Below are positions 11,142 to 21,430 of a stretch of 64,000 nucleotides of DNA, one piece after another; the first letter of the stretch is position 1, and each line of letters begins with the position of its first letter. Origin of the DNA: a bacterium (GTDB lineage Bacteria; Fidelibacterota; Fidelibacteria; Fidelibacterales; Fidelibacteraceae); NCBI GenBank assembly GCA_963676395.1, contig OY781066.1, positions 1,728,001 to 1,792,000 of the forward strand. The letters are read 5' to 3'. Below the pieces are notes generated by a model, which worked only from the letters and a program-made list of their open reading frames with translations, was not told the DNA's origin and did no database searches. The translations under genes were made by a program, and so were the position numbers.

Positions 11142-11170
11142 AAAAGTCACGCAATTGCGTGACTTTTTTA
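11142..11170. terminator. Bidirectional intrinsic terminator
   Basis: AAAAGTCACGCAATTGCGTGACTTTTTT between convergent genes. Confidence 0.8.
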
Positions 11171-11193
11171 TTTGTCTGATAATTTGACTTGAA

Positions 11194-11871
11194 TCATTTT
11201 ATTGCAATATCCATCCAAAGGTGATACAATTTTGCCAGTTCCATAAATCTCATTTCGATAAATGGTATTAATTCATCAGAGAATAGTAGCTTATCATGCT
11301 TGCGCTTGCTGATAATATAGGCGTTTTTTCGTTGATGCCAAGACTTTAGCTCATCCGGTAGGTCAGCTTTGAATGGACGTTTATAAAGCCTACCTTCTAA
11401 TAAATAATTTTCTTCTCCCGGAAAAAATGAAGTGGCTTTTTTGAATTTTATGGGATTCGTTTCCAATAGATCTCTGAAGTTCTTCATTGTAACTGAGCTG
11501 GCATCGTAAAAGCCCATACCAAATGTATATTTATCGGGTGTGATCTCAAACCACCAACTGGGTATATCATACCAGTTATTAATAGGTCGTTTAAATTTTA
11601 TCCACATATGGTCACGAAACATTCGCTTATCTTTGGCAAAGCGTGTATCACGATATATTCTTGAAATGGTTTTATTTACAAGGGGTCTGACATCGATCTC
11701 AGGGTCAATATCAATCATAATGGGACTTAAGGCCATGACCAGTTTTCTCAAAGGAATGAGAATGAGTTCTTCATAATCATATCGATGTGCTTCAAACCAG
11801 GTTTTGTTATTATTGGCCTGTAATTCTTTTAAAAAGTGTGGAAAATCTCGAGAGAATCCGTCAAAGGTCAT
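11194..11871 (-). CDS. DUF2461 family protein
   Basis: FLKELQANNNKTWFEAHR and SRIYRDTRFAKDK motifs. Confidence 0.85.
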   Translation of the reverse strand: MTFDGFSRDFPHFLKELQANNNKTWFEAHRYDYEELILIPLRKLVMALSPIMIDIDPEIDVRPLVNKTISRIYRDTRFAKDKRMFRDHMWIKFKRPINNWYDIPSWWFEITPDKYTFGMGFYDASSVTMKNFRDLLETNPIKFKKATSFFPGEENYLLEGRLYKRPFKADLPDELKSWHQRKNAYIISKRKHDKLLFSDELIPFIEMRFMELAKLYHLWMDIAIK

Positions 11872-13397
11872 TAAGAGATCCCTAGATCTTTTTTGATTTG
11901 TTCCGCACAGATTTCACCGGCAGTCATTGCACCTCCAAAACCGGCACCGGGTAAAACCCAGGCAGAGGCAAAGTAAAGGTTTGGAATATTCGATTTGGCT
12001 TTGGGTCTAAAGATTAAGGCCTGTTTAATTGAGTTAGAATAGCCGTAAGCTGTACCGTTAGGTGTTTTTAAGTATCTTTTCATGGTTTTGGCTGTTGCTA
12101 ATTCTACGTGTTCTATTTGATCCCGCATTTTTGGGAAGATATCACATATCCTATCAACTAAAATATCCATGACCTGTTTTTTCTTAAATTTATATTCACT
12201 TTCACTTAGATGCTCCCAATCCTTAAGGTAATCCATTAGAGAAAGAACTAAATAACCTTTCCCTTCCGGTGATAGTTGGGAATCAAGTTGACTATAGTCA
12301 CAAAGGATTGCTGGCCTAGTTTTAAAGTCACCTTGATTTAATTTCTTAAATGTTTTCAAACTAAAATCTTTTGAATCGTAAAGCGTAAGCGAATAAAAAT
12401 TATTTCCAAGGTCCTTTAGAGGTTTTTTTAATGCTATATACAAAGTCATGATGGATGGACCTATTGTGAAAGAATCAAATTTCTTTAGAGATTTTGTCGT
12501 TTCCTGATCCATGAGTTCATGTCTTACATTAGGAATGGCTGTATTCGCAATAATGGTATCAGCATATGCCTCAATTTTTTGAGAATCCTTACGTTTGGAT
12601 TTATAGCGTACACCAATTGCTTTGCCATTTTTAGTTAGAATCTTTGTCACCTCTTGCAATGTGTGAATCTCACCGTCATGATTAGTGATGATATTTGCCA
12701 GAGAATCAGGCAGCTGATGTGAACCACCTTGGATATATGCACCACCATAACGATAGTATCCTGTTTGTGCGATTGCATAAAATATCATTGATATATCGTA
12801 TGGATCATCTCCATAATAGCCCATATTCCCAAGAAGAATAGCCTTAAGATTTTCATTTTTGAAATGTTTATCAAGATATGTACCCAAGGTTGTAAAAATG
12901 CTTTTTAACAATTTTGGGTAGATAAATGGAGATGCGAGTAAAGAGAGAAAAAAGCCCAGTGGTTTTCTGTTGTTAATTTTCATGGTTTGATCATGGATCT
13001 TGAAAATGGTTTCAAAGTAGGTCTTAATGGCTTTTGCATCATCTGGAAACATCTCAGAGAGATCACGAATATTTTCTTCTACATTATTTTTGAATGTGTA
13101 TTCATAACCATTACCCTTGATATGATAAAATTCCGGGACAGGGACAAAATTGATTTTATCAAGAATGCCCATACGTTTGAATAAGCTATCATTTCCATTT
13201 TGAGAATTGATCATGGCTGTCATATGAAGTCCTGCTTCAAAAATATGACCTTTGCGATTAAAGGATGTGGCTGAACCTCCAACCCTAAAATGTTGCTCTA
13301 AAACACAAACTTTTTTACCGGCTTTTGCAAGATCTGCGGCTGCGGTCAAGCCTCCCAGACCGGAGCCTATAACGATTATATCATATGTATTTTTCAT
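11871..13397 (-). CDS. Phytoene desaturase-family FAD oxidoreductase
   Basis: IVIGSGLGGLTAA Rossmann motif, GGSATSF, NGTAYG, C-terminal PGAGFGGAMTAG. Confidence 0.85.
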   Translation of the reverse strand: MKNTYDIIVIGSGLGGLTAAADLAKAGKKVCVLEQHFRVGGSATSFNRKGHIFEAGLHMTAMINSQNGNDSLFKRMGILDKINFVPVPEFYHIKGNGYEYTFKNNVEENIRDLSEMFPDDAKAIKTYFETIFKIHDQTMKINNRKPLGFFLSLLASPFIYPKLLKSIFTTLGTYLDKHFKNENLKAILLGNMGYYGDDPYDISMIFYAIAQTGYYRYGGAYIQGGSHQLPDSLANIITNHDGEIHTLQEVTKILTKNGKAIGVRYKSKRKDSQKIEAYADTIIANTAIPNVRHELMDQETTKSLKKFDSFTIGPSIMTLYIALKKPLKDLGNNFYSLTLYDSKDFSLKTFKKLNQGDFKTRPAILCDYSQLDSQLSPEGKGYLVLSLMDYLKDWEHLSESEYKFKKKQVMDILVDRICDIFPKMRDQIEHVELATAKTMKRYLKTPNGTAYGYSNSIKQALIFRPKAKSNIPNLYFASAWVLPGAGFGGAMTAGEICAEQIKKDLGIS

Positions 13398-13489
13398 AGG
13401 TCAATAATAGGTAGATTTGATGTGAAATCATAAATAAAAGTTTATGCGTAGTGAGTGAGCGCTAGTGTTGTTTTGCGAATGAAGTGAGC

Positions 13490-14878
13490 TTACCACGTCA
13501 TTCCAACCCCCATGGATATAGACAAGCCACCATAGTATTTTATATTTCCCGGCTCAACAGGAATAGGTTCTGGTTTTAGTTGTTTAATAAAAGGGATCAA
13601 TTGCGATATGTTTAAGTTTATATGAAGATCTGAGTTTAAAAAGAATTTTGAATTTATACCCGGAGAAGCAAAAATGGCAATGTGTTGGTATTGCTTATCA
13701 ATATTAATATCCTCTATACCAAATTGTAAAAGTGCCAGTGCATTTAAATGAGAAAAATAATATCCACTAATTATATCAAATCGCGGGGTGAGTTCAAAAA
13801 TCCCCATATTAAAAGAATGATCTATATGAGACCTGAATTGAATATAATGTGTTGTAAGGGTGATATCACCTTGATGAGCGATAGGGAGTATGCTAAATAC
13901 ATAGCCAAGTACGGGAGTCGCAAGATGACTGGAACCACCTGTCCTTCCAAATCGAAGTGAAAGATCAAAATTAGTTTTTGTGTTGGTATGTGCATAAGCA
14001 AATGTTCCGGAAAATGAATTTAGCTTACCTGAATTCAGCTTGATGATCTCAAGCGTATCGGGATCGTTTGGAAATACGGTGTGAGACCAATCAATTGGGG
14101 TATGATTAAATGTCATGCCAAGCTTTAGGACAGCATTGGTATCGACTTTTAGTAAGACCAAACTGTTGAAATTAATGGTTTTAAAGTGAACGAGGGATTC
14201 TCTCGGCCCCTGAAGTTGATTTACATCACCTAGATTCCAATGCCTCTCATTCAATTTGTTGTGTGTTATGCTGTAATCGAGGTATAATGAAAATCCCCTT
14301 GTTGCATTCATTCTTTCAATGTATAAGTTTGAATTGAATTTATTGTATGTATTGTTGTAAAGAATACTATCACCGAATGTACCGGGTAGCAGATCAAAGA
14401 AATAATCGTTATAGATCCTTTCTTCGCTAACCGGGTATTTTTTTATAAAGAGTGTATCGCTAAATGTTGAAAAGCTAAATCCTAATCCTGGAATTAATAA
14501 ATAATGTCCCATTCTGAATTGAATCTTTCCTTCAATAGTCTGTATGTCGGGTTTTATTGTGCTTCGCGTATAATCATTATTAAATAGATCATTTATATCA
14601 AGAATATTTCGATGATAATCAATCCTATAGTTTATATCTTTAAGTTTTTGGGTGCATTTAATATGTTGTTGTCTTATCGTGTATCGAGATAATAAAGTAT
14701 CGTTTCTGCTTGCTCTTAATAATTCAAGATGGTCTAAAGAATAGTTTAATCCATTGGACTCTATTTTTCCTGACCTTGGATATTCTTGCCAAAAAGAATT
14801 AAAAATATCACCAGCATGTGATGGCGTGAAAAATGAAAATAGTAGAAGAACTGCAATGAGGAATTTGTGTTGTTTCAT
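13490..14878 (-). CDS. Hypothetical exported protein, probable outer-membrane beta-barrel
   Basis: Signal peptide MKQHKFLIAVLLL...SHA; beta-strand-like pattern; C-terminal GLSISMGVGMTW ends in an aromatic residue. Confidence 0.6.
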   Translation of the reverse strand: MKQHKFLIAVLLLFSFFTPSHAGDIFNSFWQEYPRSGKIESNGLNYSLDHLELLRASRNDTLLSRYTIRQQHIKCTQKLKDINYRIDYHRNILDINDLFNNDYTRSTIKPDIQTIEGKIQFRMGHYLLIPGLGFSFSTFSDTLFIKKYPVSEERIYNDYFFDLLPGTFGDSILYNNTYNKFNSNLYIERMNATRGFSLYLDYSITHNKLNERHWNLGDVNQLQGPRESLVHFKTINFNSLVLLKVDTNAVLKLGMTFNHTPIDWSHTVFPNDPDTLEIIKLNSGKLNSFSGTFAYAHTNTKTNFDLSLRFGRTGGSSHLATPVLGYVFSILPIAHQGDITLTTHYIQFRSHIDHSFNMGIFELTPRFDIISGYYFSHLNALALLQFGIEDINIDKQYQHIAIFASPGINSKFFLNSDLHINLNISQLIPFIKQLKPEPIPVEPGNIKYYGGLSISMGVGMTW

Positions 14879-14883
14879 AAAGG

Positions 14884-14914
14884 GAAAAAGACCGACCACA
14901 AAAGTAGCCGGTCT
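14884..14914 (-). terminator. Terminator-like hairpin between co-oriented genes
   Basis: Minus strand AGACCGGCTAC-TTTT-GTGGTCGGTCT followed by TTTT. Confidence 0.6.
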
Positions 14915-14927
14915 GTAAATTGTTTTT

Positions 14928-17384
14928 TTATTTAAGTAGTGTCATTTTCTGATAGGCAATGTCGGTATTGTACTGAACTCTGAGCAAATAAACACCTGAT
15001 GCATGCTCTGCGGCATTCCAGATTACATCATATGTGCCGGCATTCATGTATCGGTCATCAATTAGATCAGTGACTTTTTGACCGGCAATATTAAAGATGC
15101 TCATTGTTACATTACCTTCAATTGGAATATCAAATGAAATGGTTGTATTGGGGTTAAACGGGTTAGGATAATTTGATCTCAATGCAAATTCTTCCGGTAG
15201 GATGTCCACGCCAACGGTATCGGGAATTATTATAACGCGGGTGGGGAAGAAACCGCCCAAACTTGGATCAGTACCCTCAAGATAGTTTTGGAATACTTTT
15301 ACAAGATTATTGGGGATGCTATCAAACCAAGCTGACATATTCATGGTATCCGGTCCCATAATGCTAAAGACTTCAGGAACATCCATATCGGCAGATATCA
15401 TTTTAACACCTTGTGAAACGGAAAAGAGATCCATCATCATGGTATCATAATCTTCGGGTTTCATGCCTAGCTCGAACATGAGTGAATCGGCATAAACCAT
15501 GGTGGCGATTAATGAATCTGAAAAATCGCACAGTAGATGCAGGCCATTTCGCATATTCATACCAAGTTCGGCAAAGGCGATTTTACCATCGGGTGTGAAT
15601 TCGCCAAAATTAGGATTTGCTGCTTGAAAACGATATATGAGATCAAGCGGACCTTGGACATCGGAAAGATTCAATAGGTTTGGGTTAAGCGTGATATCAA
15701 CCAGTGAATCCACATAATTGTAGGCCATATCGAGTTTCATTCCCAGCTGTTCTAAACCATATTGGATGGCATATGATGTATTTACTATAGTACCGCTAAT
15801 TTGAGGAATGACATACAATGGATACACCATGTCTCCTGGAGTAACAATTTCTCCAGTAGAAGACATGTTGGGGTCTTTGATAAGAATGGTGAATAAGACA
15901 ATATTGCTATCATTGTAGATTGATGTCATATGATAGTCAAGGTCCATCTGTATTGAAGCTAATTCTTGACTATAATCCAAATTCATCCAATTGTAATTTT
16001 GAAAAAGACTGTCAATACGACCGCCGTCAACCAAGGCCAATATTTGATCGATCTGCATGCCGAGGTCATCAAGCATAAAGATTAGGTCAATATAACCTCT
16101 TCCTACATGAGCATTAATATTTTCCGGCATATCCTGAAGTACTAAATTGAATTCCGTTCGTTTAGTGTCTAAATAAGCCATTAGAGTGGACTTGTCATCA
16201 CGAGGATCAATGACTAGATCCGGGAGTAGCTCTATGATCGTAGCTTGAGGCAAGCCGTCCGGGAAAATATTTCTAAAATTATAGGTGAAGGGGTCCGGGA
16301 CAGAATAAAGATCTATGTAGGTACGATATAAACCATAGGGAATGTTTTCAAGAATACCAACGGGACGGAAAGAAACTTTCGGATCATGACCAACCATGTA
16401 TATCTTGCCACCCAAGAGGCTGTCTGCACTTGCAAGGGCATCTTTAACATCCTGGAAAGTGACACTGTCCTGTTGATTTGATTCTTCGTCCCAGTAGTGA
16501 ATGATGGTTGTATCAACCAAATCCAACATAAATGGATTATTCAGTGTATCCAATACCTGATTAAAAGATGTAATCGCCATTCTTAAGGTATCAATTCCTT
16601 CAAAGGCAAGACTGTCATTTAAAATACATCTTAATCCTGCTCCCAGATAATTTAGACCGTCTTCCATGTTATGAATAGCAGCGTTGATACTTTCATAGGT
16701 TTCATCATAGATCACTGCGACCTCAGTTGTATCATATATTGGAAGAACTAACTCGGAACCCGGAGTAAAATCGACAACACCAATTCTGAATGTGAAGTCT
16801 TCGTCGGCTGTAAGTACATCCTCGAAGCGAACATTGCAAGTGTCAAAAAGACTATCAAGGTCATTAAGTGTCTGTTGCCATAGCATGTGTGAATTATATA
16901 AGTTGTTATAGTGAGTCAATTCTGCATCATAGATCCATTGCATGACAGAATCATCATACCCGTTTTTTAAATAATCATGGAGATTATCGATCAAATCATA
17001 CTGACTGTTAACACTATCGGTGATAAACCAGATTGATTCAAGAATAGAAAATACAACTTTTTCGTAAGCGGAAATGGTTTCCCAGGCATAATCACTTTGG
17101 GTGCTTGCAGCAGAGGACAGTGAATCACGAGCGGTGAACATATCTAAAATGATGTGCCCTGTTTGTCCTTTGCTGAAATAACCCTGTAGAGTGGAGTCTG
17201 ACCACATATCGTATACTACACGATATTGTTCTATGATCATTTCTTGTTCTTCTTCGGGAATATCGTTATCGTCAGGAATTGCCATATCCCAGTATGGGCT
17301 TTCTCCCGGTGGGGGAGGAAGTTGGGCAAATAATCCGGCGAATACAATAACACTGAGAAGAATGATTAGCAATTTTCTCATCAT
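14928..17384 (-). CDS. Hypothetical acidic secreted protein with T9SS-like CTD
   Basis: Signal peptide; body not recognised; NYPNPFNPNTTISF...QKMTLLK CTD. Confidence 0.75.
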   Translation of the reverse strand: MMRKLLIILLSVIVFAGLFAQLPPPPGESPYWDMAIPDDNDIPEEEQEMIIEQYRVVYDMWSDSTLQGYFSKGQTGHIILDMFTARDSLSSAASTQSDYAWETISAYEKVVFSILESIWFITDSVNSQYDLIDNLHDYLKNGYDDSVMQWIYDAELTHYNNLYNSHMLWQQTLNDLDSLFDTCNVRFEDVLTADEDFTFRIGVVDFTPGSELVLPIYDTTEVAVIYDETYESINAAIHNMEDGLNYLGAGLRCILNDSLAFEGIDTLRMAITSFNQVLDTLNNPFMLDLVDTTIIHYWDEESNQQDSVTFQDVKDALASADSLLGGKIYMVGHDPKVSFRPVGILENIPYGLYRTYIDLYSVPDPFTYNFRNIFPDGLPQATIIELLPDLVIDPRDDKSTLMAYLDTKRTEFNLVLQDMPENINAHVGRGYIDLIFMLDDLGMQIDQILALVDGGRIDSLFQNYNWMNLDYSQELASIQMDLDYHMTSIYNDSNIVLFTILIKDPNMSSTGEIVTPGDMVYPLYVIPQISGTIVNTSYAIQYGLEQLGMKLDMAYNYVDSLVDITLNPNLLNLSDVQGPLDLIYRFQAANPNFGEFTPDGKIAFAELGMNMRNGLHLLCDFSDSLIATMVYADSLMFELGMKPEDYDTMMMDLFSVSQGVKMISADMDVPEVFSIMGPDTMNMSAWFDSIPNNLVKVFQNYLEGTDPSLGGFFPTRVIIIPDTVGVDILPEEFALRSNYPNPFNPNTTISFDIPIEGNVTMSIFNIAGQKVTDLIDDRYMNAGTYDVIWNAAEHASGVYLLRVQYNTDIAYQKMTLLK

Positions 17385-17476
17385 AGTACCTCCGTTATTT
17401 TTGTTAATACGCTTAAAATAAGATAGTTAAAAGAATAATGACTATCAAGGAAAAAAAGATATAGGATTCAGGAGGA

Positions 17477-17962
17477 TTAATGAACTATTTTTATAATCCA
17501 GTCGAGTGCTTCGGCGCCGGTTAATACGGCGATTAAAACAATGATGGCTGCAATGAGCACACCTACAACACTGGCAAGAACAAAGTGCTTGGGTTTGATA
17601 TCTAATACAAAGGCGGCTAAAGCTCCGGTATAAACGCCTGATCCGGGGAGCGGAACTCCGATAAATAATGCTAACCCCCAAAATCCATATTTTTCTACTT
17701 TGGGTTGGATCTTGGTCTGAACTTTATGGAGAGTGCGTTCATAAAGTCTATTAAAAACAGGTACTTTAACAACAACATCCAAAAATAGTTTAAGGGCAAA
17801 ATACACCAATGGAGCTAGGATTATGTTTATAATAACAACAAGAACAAAAGCCCAATACCAGGGCATATCGACGACAAGTATTGCATACGGGAGACTGGCT
17901 CTTAATTCCAGTGCTGGTATAAGTGTTATGAGGATGATATGGAGGATATCATTAAAATTCAT
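17477..17962 (-). CDS. Small multi-drug export-like membrane protein (COG2426)
   Basis: IPALELRASLP and LFIGVPLPGSGVYTGAL motifs; hydrophobic. Confidence 0.85.
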   Translation of the reverse strand: MNFNDILHIILITLIPALELRASLPYAILVVDMPWYWAFVLVVIINIILAPLVYFALKLFLDVVVKVPVFNRLYERTLHKVQTKIQPKVEKYGFWGLALFIGVPLPGSGVYTGALAAFVLDIKPKHFVLASVVGVLIAAIIVLIAVLTGAEALDWIIKIVH

Positions 17963-18645
17963 TGTTTATCCTGCTTGTAGGATTTAAAGAAAGAAGAGAC
18001 AATCATACCGATAAATCCGAATGTTGAATCAATATAGGTCATCTTACTTTTATGTTTCTTTCCATAAATGGTTGGTATGGTTATTGTTAGTAATTCAATT
18101 TTATTTGCAGCCCAGGCAATGAGCATTTCGTTTTCAAATATAAAGCCTTTGATCTTAGAAAGTTTCCATGAAATGTACTGATGCGGGATCAAACGAAAAC
18201 CACATTGAACATCATAAAATCTTTTACCTGTTCTTAGGCTAGTTATCCATGCCGATACGCCATTACTAAATTTTCGAGTCCATGGCATATTCTTGTCCCG
18301 TTTTCTCATCCCAAGAATAATAGCATCTGGATGTTTACTGTACATATCGATAAATTTCGGGATATAGTTGGCAGGGTGTTGTCTGTCTGCATCAAAGGTT
18401 ATAACAAAATCTATATCTAACTTTGAAGCAAATTTGAATCCACTTTGAAGCGCAGCGCCTTTCCCCAAATTTTCTGAGTGTTCAACAAGCATGGCTCCGG
18501 CATTTTTTGCAATGTTGGAGGTTTTGTCGGTAGAGCCATCATTTACGACTAGGATTTCTAAATTATCGTAAATCTTCAGTTCTTCAAATACTTCAGCTAA
18601 AGTATCTTCCGCATTATATGCCGAGATCAGTATAAGTCCTTTCAT
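17959..18645 (-). CDS. Glycosyltransferase family 2
   Basis: AYNAE, VVNDGSTD, NLGKGAAL, TFDADRQH, DVQCGFR. Confidence 0.9.
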   Translation of the reverse strand: MKGLILISAYNAEDTLAEVFEELKIYDNLEILVVNDGSTDKTSNIAKNAGAMLVEHSENLGKGAALQSGFKFASKLDIDFVITFDADRQHPANYIPKFIDMYSKHPDAIILGMRKRDKNMPWTRKFSNGVSAWITSLRTGKRFYDVQCGFRLIPHQYISWKLSKIKGFIFENEMLIAWAANKIELLTITIPTIYGKKHKSKMTYIDSTFGFIGMIVSSFFKSYKQDKQ

Positions 18646-18809
18646 AGATGCGAATATAAGCTTTTAAAGCTAAAAGGGAAAAGGAAAAAGCTAAAAGGGA
18701 ACAATTGAGATTTGTAAAAAAGAAATTTGCAAAGTATAATAGAAAGACTTGTTTTTATTACCTTTGGGTATTATTAACCCGAGATGATCAAGAATAGTTA
18801 TTAAATATA

Positions 18810-18836
18810 AAAAAGCCCCTCAAGTGAGGGGCTTTA
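18810..18836 (-). terminator. Intrinsic terminator of the LysM gene
   Basis: AAAAAGCCCCTCAAGTGAGGGGCTTT hairpin. Confidence 0.75.
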
Positions 18837-18855
18837 ATCATTTGAAAAAATACTC

Positions 18856-19479
18856 TTAGAGATCTTTTCTTACCTTAAGAACGGTACCGGCTGATAGAGA
18901 GTCATAGTCTTCTCCGACAACTTCCATATTGTCGCGAAGTAATACAACCCAAGCGTAGTTATTGCCGTAAAGTTTTTTAGCTATGCACCATAGTGTTTCG
19001 CCTTCTTTTACGGTATAGTCGTAAACTTCAACTTCTTTTTCTTCAACGTTACCGTCTTTTAAGAGATTAAGTTCGTCGTAAGGGTAAATAAGGTCAGGAT
19101 TGTCGCCAACCAATTCTTTGTTCCAGTCCCAGATTTCGCGCCACATTGTAACAACGCCATATTCTTCAAGGGCGATTTTCATTAAATAGTCACCAGGTTG
19201 GATCATATATTTGGTCCAAACAGCTTCTTGGACAGCTTCTTTAACCTCTTCAGGAAGAACTTCAACAACTTCAACAACTTCTTCAACAGCTTCTGTAACT
19301 TCTTCGGCTGTTTCTTTAGCTGTATCATCTACGACAGCTACTTCTTCTTCTAGGACGATTTTTTCTTTGTCACATGCATCACCTTCGAGGTATGTGCAAC
19401 CGATAGTTTCTCTTTTAGCACAACCAAAAAGCATGAATACACTTAATACGATAGCAAGCAATGTTAAAACGCGTTTCAT
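18856..19479 (-). CDS. LysM-domain lipoprotein
   Basis: Lipobox LFGC; Glu/Val-rich linker; two LysM repeats (YMIQPGDYLMKIA, YTVKEGETLWCIAKKLYG). Confidence 0.85.
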   Translation of the reverse strand: MKRVLTLLAIVLSVFMLFGCAKRETIGCTYLEGDACDKEKIVLEEEVAVVDDTAKETAEEVTEAVEEVVEVVEVLPEEVKEAVQEAVWTKYMIQPGDYLMKIALEEYGVVTMWREIWDWNKELVGDNPDLIYPYDELNLLKDGNVEEKEVEVYDYTVKEGETLWCIAKKLYGNNYAWVVLLRDNMEVVGEDYDSLSAGTVLKVRKDL

Positions 19480-19539
19480 TTATAATCTCCTTACATGTTT
19501 TACAATACTCTATAAAGGTAATTCTTATTATATCTATTG

Positions 19540-20466
19540 TCAAGTTTTTCTATTGGTGGACAGTAATTTTTCGGCAATGGTGAAAGGACTGGGTTTTTGC
19601 ATATTATTACCGTAGATACTATCCTTCAAAAAAGCTATTTTACCTTTGTCCCAAAAGGATATTGTTAGTTTGTCAATAACCAGTTGTTTTACTTTTTCCT
19701 CTAATCTTTTTTGCCTTAGGATGCTCCATTGTTCTTCTGATTTCAATTTATTAAGATAATTATCTAAAACCTTAACGATTTCCTTAACACCTTCACCTTT
19801 GTTGGCAATTGATCTTAAAACCGGTTGTTCCCAAATGTCATTATTCCCGCTTGTTCGAAGTTTCGTTAATGATCTGAGGTTTAATATCATAGCTTCAGCA
19901 CCATGTCTGTCGGCTTTGTTGACAACGAATATATTCGTAATTTCCATGATGCCGGCTTTCATGGCTTGGATATCGTCTCCGGATTCTGGAACCAATACCG
20001 TTAACGTAACATCTGCGGCTCGAGCAATGTCCAGTTCAATTTGCCCCACACCCACAGTTTCAATGAGGATGATGTCAAAGCCTTCTCCATCCAAAATATC
20101 GCAAACATCATGAGTTTTCATACTTAAGCCGCCTAGGCTACCACGCGTAGCCATAGAGCGAATGTAAACATTCGGGCGTTTACTCAGTGTGTTCATCCTG
20201 ATCCGGTCACCAAGTATCGCACCACCGGTAAAAGGGGAAGAAGGGTCGACTGAAATGACGGCCACTTGTTTATCCTCATCAGAAAAGTGTTCTGCAAGAC
20301 AGTTGACTAAGGTACTTTTACCTGCTCCGGGAGGTCCTGTTATCCCAACCCGATAGGCATGGTTACCCGATTTCCATGCTTCATCAAGAAGCCGGTTTGC
20401 GTTGGGAGCATCATTTTCTACACAAGTGATCTTTGATGCCAGAGATTTTATGTCTTTTGAGGTCAT
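19540..20466 (-). CDS. meaB: Methylmalonyl-CoA mutase-associated GTPase MeaB (ArgK family)
   Basis: GITGPPGAGKST, VDPSSPFTGGAILGDRIRM, ETVGVGQ, NKAD. Confidence 0.93.
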   Translation of the reverse strand: MTSKDIKSLASKITCVENDAPNANRLLDEAWKSGNHAYRVGITGPPGAGKSTLVNCLAEHFSDEDKQVAVISVDPSSPFTGGAILGDRIRMNTLSKRPNVYIRSMATRGSLGGLSMKTHDVCDILDGEGFDIILIETVGVGQIELDIARAADVTLTVLVPESGDDIQAMKAGIMEITNIFVVNKADRHGAEAMILNLRSLTKLRTSGNNDIWEQPVLRSIANKGEGVKEIVKVLDNYLNKLKSEEQWSILRQKRLEEKVKQLVIDKLTISFWDKGKIAFLKDSIYGNNMQKPSPFTIAEKLLSTNRKT

Positions 20467-20900
20467 TCGGGTATAACTTCTGTTTCATGTGTGATATTTA
20501 CATTGCCTTTTAACATGGCAGCCACCGAACAATATTTTTCATGACTTAATTCTACTGCCCGTTGAAGGCTCTTAAGTGCTTTTTCTCCTTCATTCGAATA
20601 TAGTGTGAATTTTATGTGAATATCCGTGTAGACTTTCGGATGTTCTTCGGCTCGGTCACCGATTAATTCTATGTCCAAATGTGTAAAAGAAATCCGTTTT
20701 TTCTTGAGGATGGCCAAGGTATCCATTCCCTGGCAACCTCCTAGAGATTCAAGTAATAACTCAATTGGGGTTGCGGCAGCACCATTTCCACCGACTTCCG
20801 CTTTAGCGTCCATGATGGTAAAATGACCCGAATTACTCTTTGCTGCAAAGGTCATGTCTTGGTTTACACTGGCGAGTTTTACTTTTAATGCGTTAGCCAT
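20463..20900 (-). CDS. OsmC/YhfA family protein
   Basis: PIELLLESLGGC and KYCSVAAML conserved Cys pair. Confidence 0.88.
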   Translation of the reverse strand: MANALKVKLASVNQDMTFAAKSNSGHFTIMDAKAEVGGNGAAATPIELLLESLGGCQGMDTLAILKKKRISFTHLDIELIGDRAEEHPKVYTDIHIKFTLYSNEGEKALKSLQRAVELSHEKYCSVAAMLKGNVNITHETEVIPE

Positions 20901-21062
20901 ATCATACTCCTATATTTATTGTTTAAATATACCAAGAATAAAAATCAATTACAAGGAAAGCTAAAACAGAAGGCAGAAGTCAGAATAATGTGACTTAATA
21001 GTCTTGAATTTAAACATAAGGCTATTGAGTTGATGAATTTTTCAATTATCTCCAAAAAATAT

Positions 21063-21090
21063 TTGCATTAAGCTTAAATGTCATTATATT
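21063..21090 (+). promoter_or_regulatory. sigma70-type promoter for the tRNA cluster
   Basis: TTGCAT-16 nt-TATATT upstream of tRNA-Gln. Confidence 0.55.
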
Positions 21091-21105
21091 TGACGGCTTT
21101 TTTAA

Positions 21106-21176
21106 TGGGTTGTCGTCCAACGGCAGGACATGCGGCTCTGGACCGTAGAATCGGGGTTCGAATCCCTGCAACCCAG
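21106..21176 (+). tRNA. tRNA-Gln (CTG)
   Basis: TGGGTTG/CAACCCA acceptor stem; TGCGG-CT CTG GA-CCGTA anticodon arm; GGTTCGAATCC. Confidence 0.93.
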
Positions 21177-21183
21177 CTGAGAT

Positions 21184-21255
21184 GGCGCGTTCGTCTAGTG
21201 GTTAGGACGCTGGCTTCTCACGTCGGTAACACGAGTTCGACTCTCGTACGCGCTA
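21184..21255 (+). tRNA. tRNA-Glu (CTC)
   Basis: GGCGCGT/ACGCGCT acceptor stem; CTGGC-TT CTC AC-GTCGG anticodon arm; GTTCGACTC. Confidence 0.93.
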
Positions 21256-21277
21256 CTTAAAATTGAAATGAATATAT

Positions 21278-21351
21278 GCGCCCGTAGCTCAATTGGATAG
21301 AGCGTCTGGCTACGGACCAGAAGGTTAGGGGTTCGACTCCTCTCGGGCGTA
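21278..21351 (+). tRNA. tRNA-Arg (ACG)
   Basis: GCGCCCG/CGGGCGT acceptor stem; TCTGG-CT ACG GA-CCAGA anticodon arm; GGTTCGACTCC. Confidence 0.94.
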
Positions 21352-21354
21352 CAT

Positions 21355-21385
21355 AAACCCACTCGCAATAACGAGTGGGTTTTTT
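21355..21385 (+). terminator. Intrinsic terminator after the tRNA cluster
   Basis: AAACCCACTCG-CAATAA-CGAGTGGGTTT followed by T tract. Confidence 0.85.
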
Positions 21386-21430
21386 GTTTTGAATGCTATA
21401 TATTCCGAGCTGAATAAGTAAAGGGATGGA

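Noticed and set aside
19211..19615. Ser/Thr-rich antisense ORF and apparent tandem repeats
   Set aside because: Mirror of the Glu/Val-rich linker of the LysM lipoprotein; not an array.
21078..21260. 60-aa ORF in the track
   Set aside because: Overlaps tRNA-Gln and tRNA-Glu; spurious.
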